64,000 nt of DNA, taken from Candidatus Bathyarchaeota archaeon. Its GTDB lineage: Archaea; Thermoproteota; Bathyarchaeia; Bathyarchaeales; Bathycorpusculaceae. Positions 1 to 10,581 of the stretch are shown here, piece after piece. The translations under genes were made by a program, and so were the position numbers. The stretch's first letter is position 1, and every line of letters begins with the position of its first letter. The notes beneath the pieces were generated by a model that saw nothing but the letters and a program-made list of their open reading frames with translations, had not been told where the DNA came from and did not search any database. The stretch lies in contig CAWDYC010000004.1 of assembly GCA_963806535.1 (NCBI GenBank), positions 160,001-224,000 of the forward strand, in the 5' to 3' direction.

Positions 1-164
1 AAATCCTCAAACAAAAAAGCCCTAAAATTGCCGATATGAGCGTAATCGTAAACAGTTGGGCCGCATGTGTACATTTTCACTTTTTCGTCTTCCAACGGCT
101 TAAAAGCTTCTTTTTTTCGCGTTAATGTGTTAAAAAATTTAATATTTGATTGCGTGTTGGTCAT
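1..164 (-). CDS. cysS: Cysteinyl-tRNA synthetase, 5' part (runs off window)
   Basis: Manual translation [54 protein letters not shown] has the CysRS YxCGPTVY...HIGN motif; not in ORF track. Confidence 0.93.
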   Translation of the reverse strand, partial: MTNTQSNIKFFNTLTRKKEAFKPLEDEKVKMYTCGPTVYDYAHIGNFRAFLFED

Positions 165-565
165 TATTTAGCCTGAAGAAAATACAAGAGCGAAATTATT
201 TAAGCATTCCACCATTTCCATTTCGCTTAATTGCAGCAACCTTCAGAACTGCAAGAAATATGAAAAAGCGAGTCTCTAAGTAAAAAACATAAACAATAAA
301 AACAACGAAAGACGTATTATTAGTAGGCAAAGGCAAACAAAATCATTGACGAAAAATTGGGTAACTTTAATTTAAACAAACGGAACCCAACCAAATGCGC
401 TCCTTAAATTTCGTCGAAGATCAGAAGAAATGGATGAGCAACTGTTTCTAAAGTTAGGAGCCGAGGGTTCAAATCAAAACTCGCGCCATAGTCACCCCCA
501 CCAATTAAACCAATAAACTCGTAATAATTTGCTTTTGTCAATCTATGGAAATGGTGGAGTAAAAA

Positions 566-931
566 ATGGCGAAAAAACCTCATGTATCTTCAATGTTTAG
601 GAGAGCAGTATCAAATATATTTGTGGAACCAGCAACAACAAAATATCCATTTTCGAAACCCAAAGTGGCCGATGGTTTTCGAGGTCAACCAATATTTGAT
701 TCTAAGCTTTGTGTCGGCTGCGGCTTATGCAGAAAAGATTGCCCAGCGAACGCAATAGAAATGGTTATGGTCAACGGAAAAAAATATCCTCAAGTGAATT
801 TGGGTAGATGTATATTTTGCTATACATGCGCAGAAGGCTGCCCCAAAAAAGCTATTACGTGTTCAGACTTCTTTGAGTTAGCGACAACTGATAAATCCTC
901 ATTGATTATGAAGCCTCTGCTGGTTGTTTAG
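566..931 (+). CDS. 2x[4Fe-4S] ferredoxin-like subunit (NuoI/EchF/MbhN-like)
   Basis: PATxKYP..FRG N-terminus and two CxxCxxCxxxCP motifs. Confidence 0.8.
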   Translation: MAKKPHVSSMFRRAVSNIFVEPATTKYPFSKPKVADGFRGQPIFDSKLCVGCGLCRKDCPANAIEMVMVNGKKYPQVNLGRCIFCYTCAEGCPKKAITCSDFFELATTDKSSLIMKPLLVV

Positions 932-1018
932 AAGAAGCTCAAGTGGCTAACTGCTCAATTTAACTCCTTTTTTTATAATTAATCAGGCGGTCCTATCTGT
1001 GAATCTCTTTGATACCCA

Positions 1019-2308
1019 TTATTTTTCCATTATTAAGCCTTTAAGATAAGTCGCAGAAGCCTCTACAACTTTAACTTTCAAGGTTTTTCCCAGAAGATTA
1101 TCAGACCTTTTTACCACAACCGGTTTGTAAGCAAAGTTGCGTCCAACCCATGAGCCGTCCACCTTGCCCTTCTCGTCAAACAGCACTTCACCAATCCATC
1201 CGACCCAAAGCTGATTCCGCTCCGAAGAAATTCGCCTAACCAACTCTGCGGCTACACTGCTTCTCCGCTTAATTTCCTCGCGATCAACTAAACCATTTTT
1301 AATCTTCGCCGCAGCGGTTTTGGGTCGAGTAAAAAACTTTGAAACATTGGTAACATCAGGCTTAACTTCTTCCAAGAGTTTGAGCGTGTTTTCAAAGGCT
1401 TGGTCTGTTTCGCCTGGAAATCCCACGATTACATCGGTAGCAAGTGTCAAGTTAGGAAACTCCGCCCTGAATGCGTCCACAATGCTCTTGAATTGTTGAG
1501 TAGTGTAAAACCTGTACATACGCTTCAAAGTTTCGTCATCGCCGCTTTGCACCGGTAAATGCAAAAATTTGAAAATTTTATCGTTCTTAAAAGCGTTAAT
1601 CAGCTTATCCTGCATGTCAGTTACCATGTTTGGCGTCATCATACCAACCCGGACTTTGAAATCGCCAGGTAGATCGCCCAGCGCTACAAGCAGCTCTGCG
1701 AGGTTAGATTGAATTTCTCTTCCATAACAGGCTGTGTCTTGAGAAGTTATCCAAAACTCTTTGGTGCCCGATACAAAATCACTCTGCACTCGCTTTGATA
1801 CTTCATTTATGCTGTAGCTTCGTAGATGTCCTCGGGCAAAAACAACACAACAGTATGCACAGGACCCAAGACATCCGTAATTCACTGGAACTACGCTGAT
1901 AATCGGGTTAGTCTTTACTCTTGGAAGATCTAGATGTGGTTTACAATTTAGGCTAGATAATTCCACAACTCTCTCGCCAGCATAAACGCGGGAAACAATG
2001 TCTATGATTCCGCTGCCTACCGATGGACCGACTGCGCCGTCAAAACACACTTCCCGGGTTAGCCGTTCAAAACTAATTATAGGCAGACAACCTGCTACGA
2101 TGAGTTTCTTGCCTTTTGGAGCATGTTTCATAGCGTTGATTATGCGGTTTTCTGTTGGGCCTTTAACTGCGCATGTGTTATAGATTAACACGTCAGCGTC
2201 TGATTCTGAATCTGCAAGTTTGAAGCCAGCTTGGGCTAGGCATCCTGCCAGGACTTCGCTGTCTGCTATATTGGCTGAGCATCCGAAGTTTCTAATGAAA
2301 ATCTGCAA
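1019..2308 (-). CDS. tRNA methylthiotransferase (MiaB/e-MtaB family radical SAM, TRAM domain)
   Basis: FGCSAN, NTCAVK, AGC, CxGxCAYC motifs; C-terminal TRAM-like region. Confidence 0.9.
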   Translation of the reverse strand: MQIFIRNFGCSANIADSEVLAGCLAQAGFKLADSESDADVLIYNTCAVKGPTENRIINAMKHAPKGKKLIVAGCLPIISFERLTREVCFDGAVGPSVGSGIIDIVSRVYAGERVVELSSLNCKPHLDLPRVKTNPIISVVPVNYGCLGSCAYCCVVFARGHLRSYSINEVSKRVQSDFVSGTKEFWITSQDTACYGREIQSNLAELLVALGDLPGDFKVRVGMMTPNMVTDMQDKLINAFKNDKIFKFLHLPVQSGDDETLKRMYRFYTTQQFKSIVDAFRAEFPNLTLATDVIVGFPGETDQAFENTLKLLEEVKPDVTNVSKFFTRPKTAAAKIKNGLVDREEIKRRSSVAAELVRRISSERNQLWVGWIGEVLFDEKGKVDGSWVGRNFAYKPVVVKRSDNLLGKTLKVKVVEASATYLKGLIMEK

Positions 2309-2452
2309 AGCCCATGAATCACCGGTTTGTAAGAAGCTTCAACAAGAGATAAAAACTTAAAGGTTCCTTAGCGAAAATTGACAAAAACCTGCAACGATGT
2401 TCATTAAAGGCTTATATGCTAAGGTATGAACATGTTATAAGCATATTTGTAG

Positions 2453-2478
2453 CATATTATATAGGTGTATATAATATG
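2453..2478. promoter_or_regulatory. Perfect palindrome CATATTATATA-GGTG-TATATAATATG upstream of RHH gene; candidate operator over TATA-like sequence
   Basis: 11-bp arms, 4-nt spacer, about 45 bp before the RHH start. Confidence 0.55.
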
Positions 2479-2522
2479 AGAACTTGTTTAATTATTCAAT
2501 CACAAATTAGGAGCGATAACTC

Positions 2523-2678
2523 TTGAAGATGATTACTCTGTATTTACCTGAAACATATATAAAAGCTTTGGACCAGCTTGTCGACGAAAGGTTCTATCCG
2601 AACCGCGCCGAAGCAATCCGAGTCGCTGTTCGAGACTTGATCAGTGCAGAAGTTTGGAGGCGAAAAGGCGTTGACTAA
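2523..2678 (+). CDS. Ribbon-helix-helix (CopG/CdrS-like) regulator
   Basis: Manual translation MKMITLYLPETYIKALDQLVDERFYPNRAEAIRVAVRDLISAEVWRRKGVD; GGAG upstream; below the ORF-track cutoff. Confidence 0.85.
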   Translation: MKMITLYLPETYIKALDQLVDERFYPNRAEAIRVAVRDLISAEVWRRKGVD

Positions 2679-2958
2679 ACATTTACATGAAGACACCCTA
2701 AAACCGCTAGGCATTGAAGACTTGAAGATTGAGGTTCTTCCAAAAACCATCGACCACTCAATGGTAATAGGCGGTGGGCAAATTGTCCGTAAACCTAAAA
2801 ACAAAATGAAAGTAAGGATGGTAAAATCTAAAATGCCCGTTAGAAAAACTAGCCGATTAGACAAAGCCACGAATCAACTATACGACCTTGAAGATGCTCA
2901 CGGACCTGAAAAACCATTAAACATCGACTTCGGGCTCTACCAAATGGAAGACTATTAG
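2671..2958 (+). CDS. Small basic hypothetical protein overlapping the RHH gene
   Basis: TTG start overlapping the end of the RHH gene; track ORF 2644..2958. Confidence 0.55.
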   Translation: MTKHLHEDTLKPLGIEDLKIEVLPKTIDHSMVIGGGQIVRKPKNKMKVRMVKSKMPVRKTSRLDKATNQLYDLEDAHGPEKPLNIDFGLYQMEDY

Positions 2959-3036
2959 CAAACACCTTTCTTATTTTTTGTATCTTTTGGTATTTTTTAG
3001 TAAAGCTATTATTCTCAAAAAACTGTTTTTACCAGC

Positions 3037-3747
3037 ATGAGCAGTATCCTTGCACAAATAAGAAAAGAACTAAAAGCCAACACCGACCTTCAAACGCAAA
3101 AAAGTTTTCAACGTTTCTTTAAGGAACAAGTAAAGTATTACGGCGTTAAAACCCAAACAGTCGGTAAAATCGCAAAGAAATATTGGAAACAAGTAGAGAC
3201 GTTGAATAAACAAGAAATTTTTGCTCTTTGCGAAGAACTTTACCGTTCAGACTACACTGAAGAAGCGTTTGTTGTTGCTTTTTGGTTACCAAACTACATC
3301 TATCATCTAAAACCAAGCGACTTGACGGTTTTTAAAGGATGGATTGAACGGTACATAAACAACTGGGCTAAATGCGACGGTTTCTGCAACCATACAGTCG
3401 GCGACTTAATCCAAAAATACCCGGAAGTTTTAAACGAAACAAAACGCTGGGCGAAATCTGAGAATCGTTGGCTTAAACGGGCTGCGGCTGTTTCACTTAT
3501 TGTTCCCGCAAAAAAAGGTTGTTTCCTGCAAGACTCCCTCGAAATTTGTGACCAATTACTCACTGACGGCGACGATATGGTACAGAAAGGTTATGGGTGG
3601 TTACTCAAAGAAGAAAGCAGACTGCATCAAAAAGAAATCTTCAACTATATTGTGAAAAACAAAAAGGTCATGCCTCGAACCGCATTGAGATACGCCATTG
3701 AGTTAATGCCAAAGGACCTTAAGACAGAAGCAATGAAAAAAGACTAA
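3037..3747 (+). CDS. DNA alkylation repair protein (AlkD-like HEAT repeat)
   Basis: NWAxCD, WLKRAA, DMVQKGYGWLLKE, RTALRYAIE motifs. Confidence 0.88.
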   Translation: MSSILAQIRKELKANTDLQTQKSFQRFFKEQVKYYGVKTQTVGKIAKKYWKQVETLNKQEIFALCEELYRSDYTEEAFVVAFWLPNYIYHLKPSDLTVFKGWIERYINNWAKCDGFCNHTVGDLIQKYPEVLNETKRWAKSENRWLKRAAAVSLIVPAKKGCFLQDSLEICDQLLTDGDDMVQKGYGWLLKEESRLHQKEIFNYIVKNKKVMPRTALRYAIELMPKDLKTEAMKKD

Positions 3748-3757
3748 ATTTTCCTAT

Positions 3758-4888
3758 TTATATTTTCGATGGTCCAGTTGTCCAGCCTGGAGCAACCTTT
3801 TTGCGCAAAATAATCACTTGAATGTGTCCAATAATTATTATTGCCATCCAAATTGTTGAATAGAAAAAGTAGTAAACGAAGAATTCATGAATTTTCATTT
3901 CGCGGAATCCCAATTTTCGCGAGAAAGCGTAAAAAACGCCTGCAGTTATGGCGAAGCCTGATAGAGAAATTACTAAGATTTTTATCATGTCTGCAGTTCC
4001 TAGTGAAACAAGAAAAATTGGTAACATGATGTTGAATTTAACTGATAGAAACAGTGAAAAAACAAGCAGTGAATTATACATCCAAAGGCTTGGAACTAAT
4101 GCGGTTATGAAGAAAATTGCGACTGAAGGATAAAGGAAGAACAAGCCTGGCAGGAAAACTTGCGGTTTCTTCACAAATTTCTTTGCTAAAGTGCGATACC
4201 AACAAACTAGCCATGAGGCTTGTCCTATTGCCCATCTTCTACGTTGAGTAAGCCATTTTCCCCAGTCAGAGTAAACAACGTTTTTTACTTCAACGTCGGA
4301 TGAATAAGCGAAACTACTATCTTCCAAGAAAGCTCTTGTTGCTAAATCAATGTCTTCGGCAATAACTCTGTGAAAGCCTCCGACTTTCTCAAAAGTTTCT
4401 CGTTTAATCGCAAATGCTGCGCCGTTTACTGCTGGACATTTGTGAAGGTATTTTGACGATAACCAGGCGCTAACGTTATAGGTGAAGTATTCATAATAAG
4501 CCATTTTAGATAGGAGCGATTTTCCTTTTATTACTCTCTTTTTTATGTCAACAATATCTGCAGTGTGCGTTTCCATAATTATTTTTCTCAAAAAATCTGG
4601 GTCGCCACTAATTTGTACATCAGAATCAAGAAAAAGTAACACTTGACTTGATGATAATTTTACTGTGCTGTTTACTGCGTTTGCTTTGCCGATGCGTTCT
4701 TTATTCACTATGAATTTAACGTTCTCGTTCTCGAGACTTTTAATTTTTTGCGAAAATTCTTCAGTTGGCGCGTCAACTGTTACGAAGATTTCTTTTGCAA
4801 CATTTTGGGAATTTAGCTCATTCAGCATGCTTGCTAGTTGATTTGATTCCCTGTAGACCGGGATAAAGATGCTAACGTCTACTGTCAA
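3758..4888 (-). CDS. GT2 family glycosyltransferase with C-terminal TM helices
   Basis: IPVY, DSD, ED, QRRRW motifs. Confidence 0.88.
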   Translation of the reverse strand: MTVDVSIFIPVYRESNQLASMLNELNSQNVAKEIFVTVDAPTEEFSQKIKSLENENVKFIVNKERIGKANAVNSTVKLSSSQVLLFLDSDVQISGDPDFLRKIIMETHTADIVDIKKRVIKGKSLLSKMAYYEYFTYNVSAWLSSKYLHKCPAVNGAAFAIKRETFEKVGGFHRVIAEDIDLATRAFLEDSSFAYSSDVEVKNVVYSDWGKWLTQRRRWAIGQASWLVCWYRTLAKKFVKKPQVFLPGLFFLYPSVAIFFITALVPSLWMYNSLLVFSLFLSVKFNIMLPIFLVSLGTADMIKILVISLSGFAITAGVFYAFSRKLGFREMKIHEFFVYYFFYSTIWMAIIIIGHIQVIILRKKVAPGWTTGPSKI

Positions 4889-5065
4889 ACCGCAATCCTC
4901 ATTAGTAAGTAATTATCAATATTAAATTTTCAAATGGGTTTTTAAATCATTCTAGAAAAAAGGGACAAATTAAGCTGCTTAATGTTGGAAAACTGGAGAA
5001 ATCAGCTTATTCCTCTAGCTTTATAGGAAAATTATTATTTATCGCAAAAGAATCCTTTTTGCGAT

Positions 5066-6070
5066 ATGACACACGCTAAGGCTATAAGTTTGCTTTCTGG
5101 CGGCTTAGACAGCATACTTGCAACAGAACTTATTCGTTCACAAGGAATTGAAGTAGTAGCCTTTAACGTTAAAACTCCCTTCTGCATCCCCAAAAAAGAC
5201 GGAACCAGCGAAGCAATCGAAGCCGCAAACCAACTTAAAATTCCATTAAAAGTTGTCAATGTTGGAAAAGATTATTTGCAAATGCTCAGAAACCCAAAGT
5301 ATGGTTACGGCAAAAACATGAACCCCTGCATTGACTGCAAAATCTTCATGATAAGAAAAGCCAAAAAATATGCAAAAGAGATTGGGGCTGACTTTCTTTT
5401 CACAGGCGAAGTGCTTGGCGAAAGACCAAAATCGCAGCATGGACCTGCCTTGAAGATTATTGAGGAAGAGGCTGGTTTGAAGGGTAAACTTCTAAGACCT
5501 CTTTCAGCGAAACTGCTCCGTGAAACAAAAGCCGAAAGAAAAGGCTTAGTTGATAGAGCCAAATTATGCAATATTCAAGGACGCTCAAGAAAACCCCAGT
5601 TCCAACTTGCACGTGAATTCGGAATTAAAAGTTTTCCCGCACCGGCTGGCGGATGCTTGCTGACCTGTGAGGAATACGCAAAGAAGCTTAGAGACTTATT
5701 CTCCTAATAAGAAACGAATTTCAATGTCTGATGTCGCTTTGCTGAGAATTGGCAGACACTTTAGGTTGGGTAAAAACAAAATTATTGTTGGAAGAAACGA
5801 AGTCTGAAAACAAGCTTTTAACTGCTGGGAAAATACGTGGTGATTTCTATTTTGAGTTGCCCGATATTGTTGGTCCTACTAACAATTTTGCAGGGACCTA
5901 AAACAAAGAGTGCCATTGAGACCGCGGCGAAGTTAACTGCGTTTTATTCCGATGCGAAAGTCGCTGAGGTTAAGGTTAATTTTGGCAGAGAAGCTTTCAA
6001 CAAATCCCTTATGGTAGCCGTACCAGAAAAGGCTGAAGTGGATAGATTAAGAGTTGGCAACGTGAAGTAA
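5066..6070 (+). CDS. PP-loop tRNA thiolation protein (ThiI/MnmA-like), frameshifted in assembly
   Basis: SGGLDS, NPCIDC, TGEVLGERP, PAGGCLLT; continues as GRHFRL...GRNE after indels near 5705 and 5805. Confidence 0.8.
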
Positions 6071-6164
6071 ACTATCTCTTTAGATATTGTTAATTAAGAG
6101 AGAGTGGTTGTAAGGCAAAAACTTATCCATTAAACGTTACCTAATAGACAACTAGGGTAAGAAG

Positions 6165-6982
6165 TTGACTATTGAATCTAACAGAACTTTAGGTGGAGTA
6201 GGCTGCCATTTTAATGCTAATAGGCGTTGTCAGCCAAGCATCTACTGGCTTTTGGATACCTTTTTCCTCAATCAACTGGGGCCTTGATATTAGCCGGCAT
6301 AGGCGGTTTATTTGGGATTTTGTCTTTTGTTGGTTTTCTACTATTCTTAGTAGCAATGTATGGTTTCTCCAAAGACTACCAAGAGCACAGAATTTTCAGT
6401 TATTTGTTATACGGGATCATAATTACAATTGTAGCTGCTGTGATTCTTGTCGCAATTTTGGTTATAGTTATTTTGTTTAATGTTGCTACCCTTTTTCCAA
6501 ACTTAAGCTCCTCAGCTTCCTCGTCAACTCAAATATCTTCCGAAATGTCAAAAATCTTCAGTTTAATTTTTCCTTTGTTTAGCCTTGTTGGAATAATTTG
6601 GATAGCGTTTAATGTCAAGGCTTTCAATTTGCTATCAGATAAGTCCAATGTACCTCTGTTTAGAACTGGAGCTAAAGTGCTCATCGCCGGCGCATTAGTG
6701 AACATTGCAATTGCAATAATATTTGCTGTCGTTGGCTCTTATGTTGCAGTATCGCTTAACACTCTGCTAGCCCTTCTGATTATTGGAAGTTTGGTGCAGG
6801 ATGTTGCTTGGGTGCTTTTTGCAATGGCGTATTTCAGAATACAAGCGCCCGCTGTTCCAATACAAGCGGTGCCACCCGTTAGTAGTGCACCCGTTTCTGG
6901 ACAAGTGAAATTCTGCACTTACTGTGGAGCACCGAACCCAATGGATGCAACCTACTGCACTCGATGTGGACAAAAGCTATAG
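6165..6982 (+). CDS. DUF996-like membrane protein with C-terminal zinc ribbon
   Basis: Multiple TM helices; CxxCG...CxxCG tail; 5' indel. Confidence 0.7.
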
Positions 6983-6988
6983 TCAAAT

Positions 6989-7303
6989 TTAGTAGTGCAG
7001 TTGCTTTTCTGGCGGAAACAGAAACTTGCGTCTGGTAAAGAACAATACTGTGAAAACGACAAAGAAAACGGCGCCTAAAACTAAATATATAATTCCGTCA
7101 GTGACCTCTTGACCAGCAGTCGTTTCACTAAAGTGAACATACGGATTCGTATGGTCGATAACAACGCCGGTTAACCCATCTGACAATCTCCAAGAACCAA
7201 TTATTAATAATGCCATTCCCCCAATAACCAGCAAGGCAACTGCTACAAGGCCCAAAGGAGTCGGACCCTTGTGAGAATGAGGGAAAGTTGACATGGACAT
7301 CAA
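6989..7303 (-). CDS. Small two-TM membrane protein
   Basis: ORF with two hydrophobic segments. Confidence 0.6.
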   Translation of the reverse strand: MMSMSTFPHSHKGPTPLGLVAVALLVIGGMALLIIGSWRLSDGLTGVVIDHTNPYVHFSETTAGQEVTDGIIYLVLGAVFFVVFTVLFFTRRKFLFPPEKQLHY

Positions 7304-7421
7304 TTGCAGTTTTTAACTTATAAATTTAGCTCAGTCGAACGATTGGCTAAGATATAGCGATAAACGTAAGGCCAAAAGGGTAAAATTATATTTGTTAGTG
7401 TTTCATTATGATGCCCGATAA

Positions 7422-7499
7422 GGGCCCGTGGCGCAGTACGGATAGCGCGTCAGCCTTCTAAGCTGAAAGTCATGGGTTCAAATCCCATCGGGCCCGCCA
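7422..7499 (+). tRNA. tRNA-Arg(TCT)
   Basis: GGGCCCG acceptor stem, anticodon arm TCAGC-CTTCTAA-GCTGA, GGTTCAAATCC T-arm, encoded CCA. Confidence 0.96.
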
Positions 7500-7689
7500 G
7501 AACCCTTTTCTCTTGAAAAGGCTTCACCGAAAACTCGGTGTTTTGGGTGTTGCGGTTGCTTAGTGCTTCTATACAGTCTTTTAACGTGTTTTCTGCGATT
7601 TTTGAGACATTTAAGCCGAGAGAATGCGCCTGATCATACACTGTTTTCGAAATATTCAAGGTAACTCTAACTTTGTCAGATTTAGACGT
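7450..7689 (-). pseudogene. Integrase N-terminal fragment int(N), RHH/CcdA-like start
   Basis: (ACG)SKSDKVRVTLNISKTVYDQAHSLGLNVSKIAEN... reads into the tRNA; probable start codon is ACG after GGTG. Confidence 0.7.
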
Positions 7690-7691
7690 AT

Positions 7692-8507
7692 TTATACACC
7701 CTTTTTGATTTTTTGATTCAAATGTGGATTGAGCATTAAGAAAATCTTAGGATTTTTGTGTTCGATCGCCACAGAAAAATAAAGAGGATCATTCGGGTTA
7801 GTTTCATCGATCCAGGTGTATGCTTTTCTGATCCACTCTGGTTCTTTTCCGTCAACGGCAATGCCGTTATCAGGATCTTTCATAAAATTCTCAATAAAGC
7901 GAAAAGCATTAAATTTCCCAAGCTGCGCGTCAGTAAAATTAATGTTTTCTGGATTAATCTCATAGACTTGTTTTCCGTTTTCGTCAATGATTTTGTTAGT
8001 TGAATTATAAGGTTGAAAGAATTGTACTGCTTCAGAGAATCTTAGACCGGTAATTGCTATAAAATCCATGAAAAGACAGTATTCAGGCCTTGCGTCTTTT
8101 ACCTCTAGGATCCACTGGAAGACGTCCTCTGGATTATCAGTTCTATTCAAACGGTCAATAATAATATCGTCAGCGCTTCTACCGGCCCAGGTTAAACCAT
8201 AATTCTTAATCAACTTAAGATAGCCTTCATAACAACCTAGAAACTTAGCTAAAGCGCTATAGAGACTGCAAGAACTTTTGACTGCATACTCTTAGGCAGC
8301 TGAGTGATTGTGAAAGATCGCTTGATAATAGACAACTTGAATACTTGAAAGCTGAATTGAAAACCTGAGACTCCCATCGAGAACTAAACTCTCTATTCTT
8401 AAGATATTTGCCAAAAGAAACCCAATCTATACCCTTTTCGCCTAAAGAACCTTTTAAATCGGCTTCTAAGCTGAAAGTCATGGGTTCAAATCCCATCGGG
8501 CCCGCCA
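7692..8507 (-). pseudogene. Integrase C-terminal fragment int(C), truncated and fused to an unrelated tail
   Basis: Begins in attR; TGLRFSEA box I motif present; no HxxR or catalytic-Tyr box downstream. Confidence 0.75.
8463..8507 (+). repeat. attR: duplicate of 3' 45 nt of tRNA-Arg
   Basis: CTTCTAAGCTGAAAGTCATGGGTTCAAATCCCATCGGGCCCGCCA is identical to 7455-7499. Confidence 0.95.
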
Positions 8508-8975
8508 ACGTTTCAAGATTGATTGAATTCGAATTAATTTTACTCTTCACTCACGATAGGTGAGAGTCACTTAAGTATCGTGTGATAAAAATAATGTTTG
8601 ATTGAGTGAGAACACTATGGATTCTTGCTCAAATCAGAAGATTGAAGAAAAGCAAAATTAATGTTGCTATAAATACAGCAGCATTTGGGAAGAATAGGGG
8701 CTGAGAAGGCTCTAAATTAGATTCACAATATAACTATAGTTGAAGATTTTGCATTTTCTTCTCCTATAAAGTTTGCAGAGCCTCAGCATACCCTTAGATT
8801 TCTTATGATTTTGAATAGCTATTTTAGGTGAATTGCCTAATTATTTAAAAACAAGTTAAACGAACATTATTTAGAACCTCGCGAGAAATAGTGACTAATA
8901 ATTCGCTAGGCATCACAGCCGCATGTCTTAACTGGTGAGTTAAACACTACTGAAGCATAGGAGCCAAATGAAAAT

Positions 8976-9665
8976 ATGAACATCGACAATCTTATTTGGG
9001 CTTTAGTGGATGCTGTTTCGGCAGTGATTTGCTTCGTTCTTGTCTGGTTTATGACAAAGCCTTACCGCTTTACAGGAGAACGCAAATACATTGGTTTACC
9101 TTTTAGTTTCAGTTTTCTTGGTGCCTCATATGTTATAGGGCTAACTGGTTTCTTACAGTCAGGTGGTTTTGTTGATGTTTTGAGATGGGTTCAGCTATTC
9201 ACACAGTCGTACGCATTTGCATTTCTTGCAGTAACTTATTATTTCTCTAAAAAAGAAAAAGAGACAACTCTGTCTTGGTTTGCTGATTGCTTTTGCAGCT
9301 ATTCTCTCGCTCTGTGTCTCTTACACAGTAATTCTTGTTGCTCCATTGTATGATTTGCCGCATTTCCATACAGTAGATGATTACATGAGAATCTTCAATA
9401 TTGTTTGCTTATCGTACATTGCTATTCACACTTTGAGAAGCCACGCATCTAAGCCAGACGCTAAGACAATTTGGATTCCGCTTAGTTATCTTTTGTTTGA
9501 TTTCGGCCAATATTCTTTGTTGACTTTGGTCGCTTGACGGAAGTTTCACAGCGTTTGTTGGAGCACATTTTTTGAGATTAGTCTGCGTTGTTGGTTTTCC
9601 TATTTGTTGCGTATCAAACATTTTACTCTTCAAATGAATCGTACCCGAGAAAGGGAATTGAATGA
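8976..9665 (+). CDS. Multi-pass membrane protein (sensor-like), frameshifted; 3' end approximate
   Basis: ORFs 8976..9353 and 9280..9537 plus a further hydrophobic segment. Confidence 0.55.
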
Positions 9666-9941
9666 AAAAGATTCCTCGCAGAGATAAGTTGAAAATTTAC
9701 GGAGATCATTCTCTCCATTATTTACAACGAAGCGAGTTATGAAAAAATCGTTCTCAGTCGAATTCAGGTCAAAGCAAATGTTCCTTTTGACCGATTAAAA
9801 AGTTACATCTTTGAGCTCGAAGGTTTGGGTTTGATTCAACAAGAGCCCAGGCTACGGCTGACGGAAAAGGGCAGGCAATACTTGACGGAATATGAGAAAG
9901 TTCTTGAATTCATGAAACGAATGGGTTTGACTTATTTATGA
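9662..9941 (+). CDS. Winged-helix DNA-binding protein, one indel
   Basis: MKKIPRRDKLKIYGD-IL...KANVPFDRLKSYIFELEGLGLI...LTEKGRQYL; not in track. Confidence 0.75.
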
Positions 9942-10016
9942 AGATTGACCGTTGCGATTTTTGAGAGATATAAAATTTATTAATTGATTGCTTCAAAACT
10001 TGTTTTAGGAAAGATT

Positions 10017-10385
10017 ATGGTAGCTAAGAAAAAGATTTAAAAATGTAGATGAATACATCGCTACTTTTCCCAAGAATGTCCAATTAATTTTAGAAGAAGT
10101 CAGACAAGCAATCAAGAGAGGCAGCACCTGAAGCGAAAGAAACTATTAGCTATCAAATGCCATGCATTCGAACAAAATGGTATTTTGGTGTGGTTTGCAG
10201 CATTCAAGAGATCATATCGGTTTTTTTCCTAAAGTTTCTGCTATTGAAGTCTTCAAAGAGAAATTGTCTTCCTATCAAACAAGCAAAGGTACAATCCAGT
10301 TTCCAATAAATCGAACCAATTCCACTTCGATTTGATAAAGGAAATTGTAAAGTTTAGAGTTAAGGAAAACACTCCTAAGAAGTGA
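10017..10385 (+). CDS. YdhG-like DUF1801 family protein, frameshifted
   Basis: VDEYIATFP, ETISYQMP, HIGFFP, TSKGTIQFP segments across frames. Confidence 0.8.
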
Positions 10386-10581
10386 TTAGCTCATTAAGAT
10401 GCGCTTTATCTTCGCAAGAGTAATAACATAACACTTATACCCACAAATAAGAAAACTTGTCAATCAAATCTATTACCTGCTTATTTCACAATTAGGGATT
10501 AAAATGATATAAGAAAGACCCATCCCTTAGAGATTATATTCCAAAATATAAATCGAAGTTTATCGGGAGCGCTAAAGAAAA

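Larger units (their letters stand above)
7455..8507. mobile_element. Relic integrated element (SSV-type split tyrosine integrase) in tRNA-Arg
   Basis: 45-bp direct repeats 7455-7499 and 8463-8507; integrase N- and C-fragments both read through the att sequence (LAGPMGFEPMTFSLE). Confidence 0.88.

Noticed and set aside
2544-2870. Antisense ORF 2544..2870 and similar shadow ORFs in the track
   Set aside because: They lie opposite better-supported genes and lack recognisable motifs
5700-5712. In-frame stop in the thiolation gene as stop-codon recoding
   Set aside because: Coding continues in a different frame, so this is an indel and not read-through
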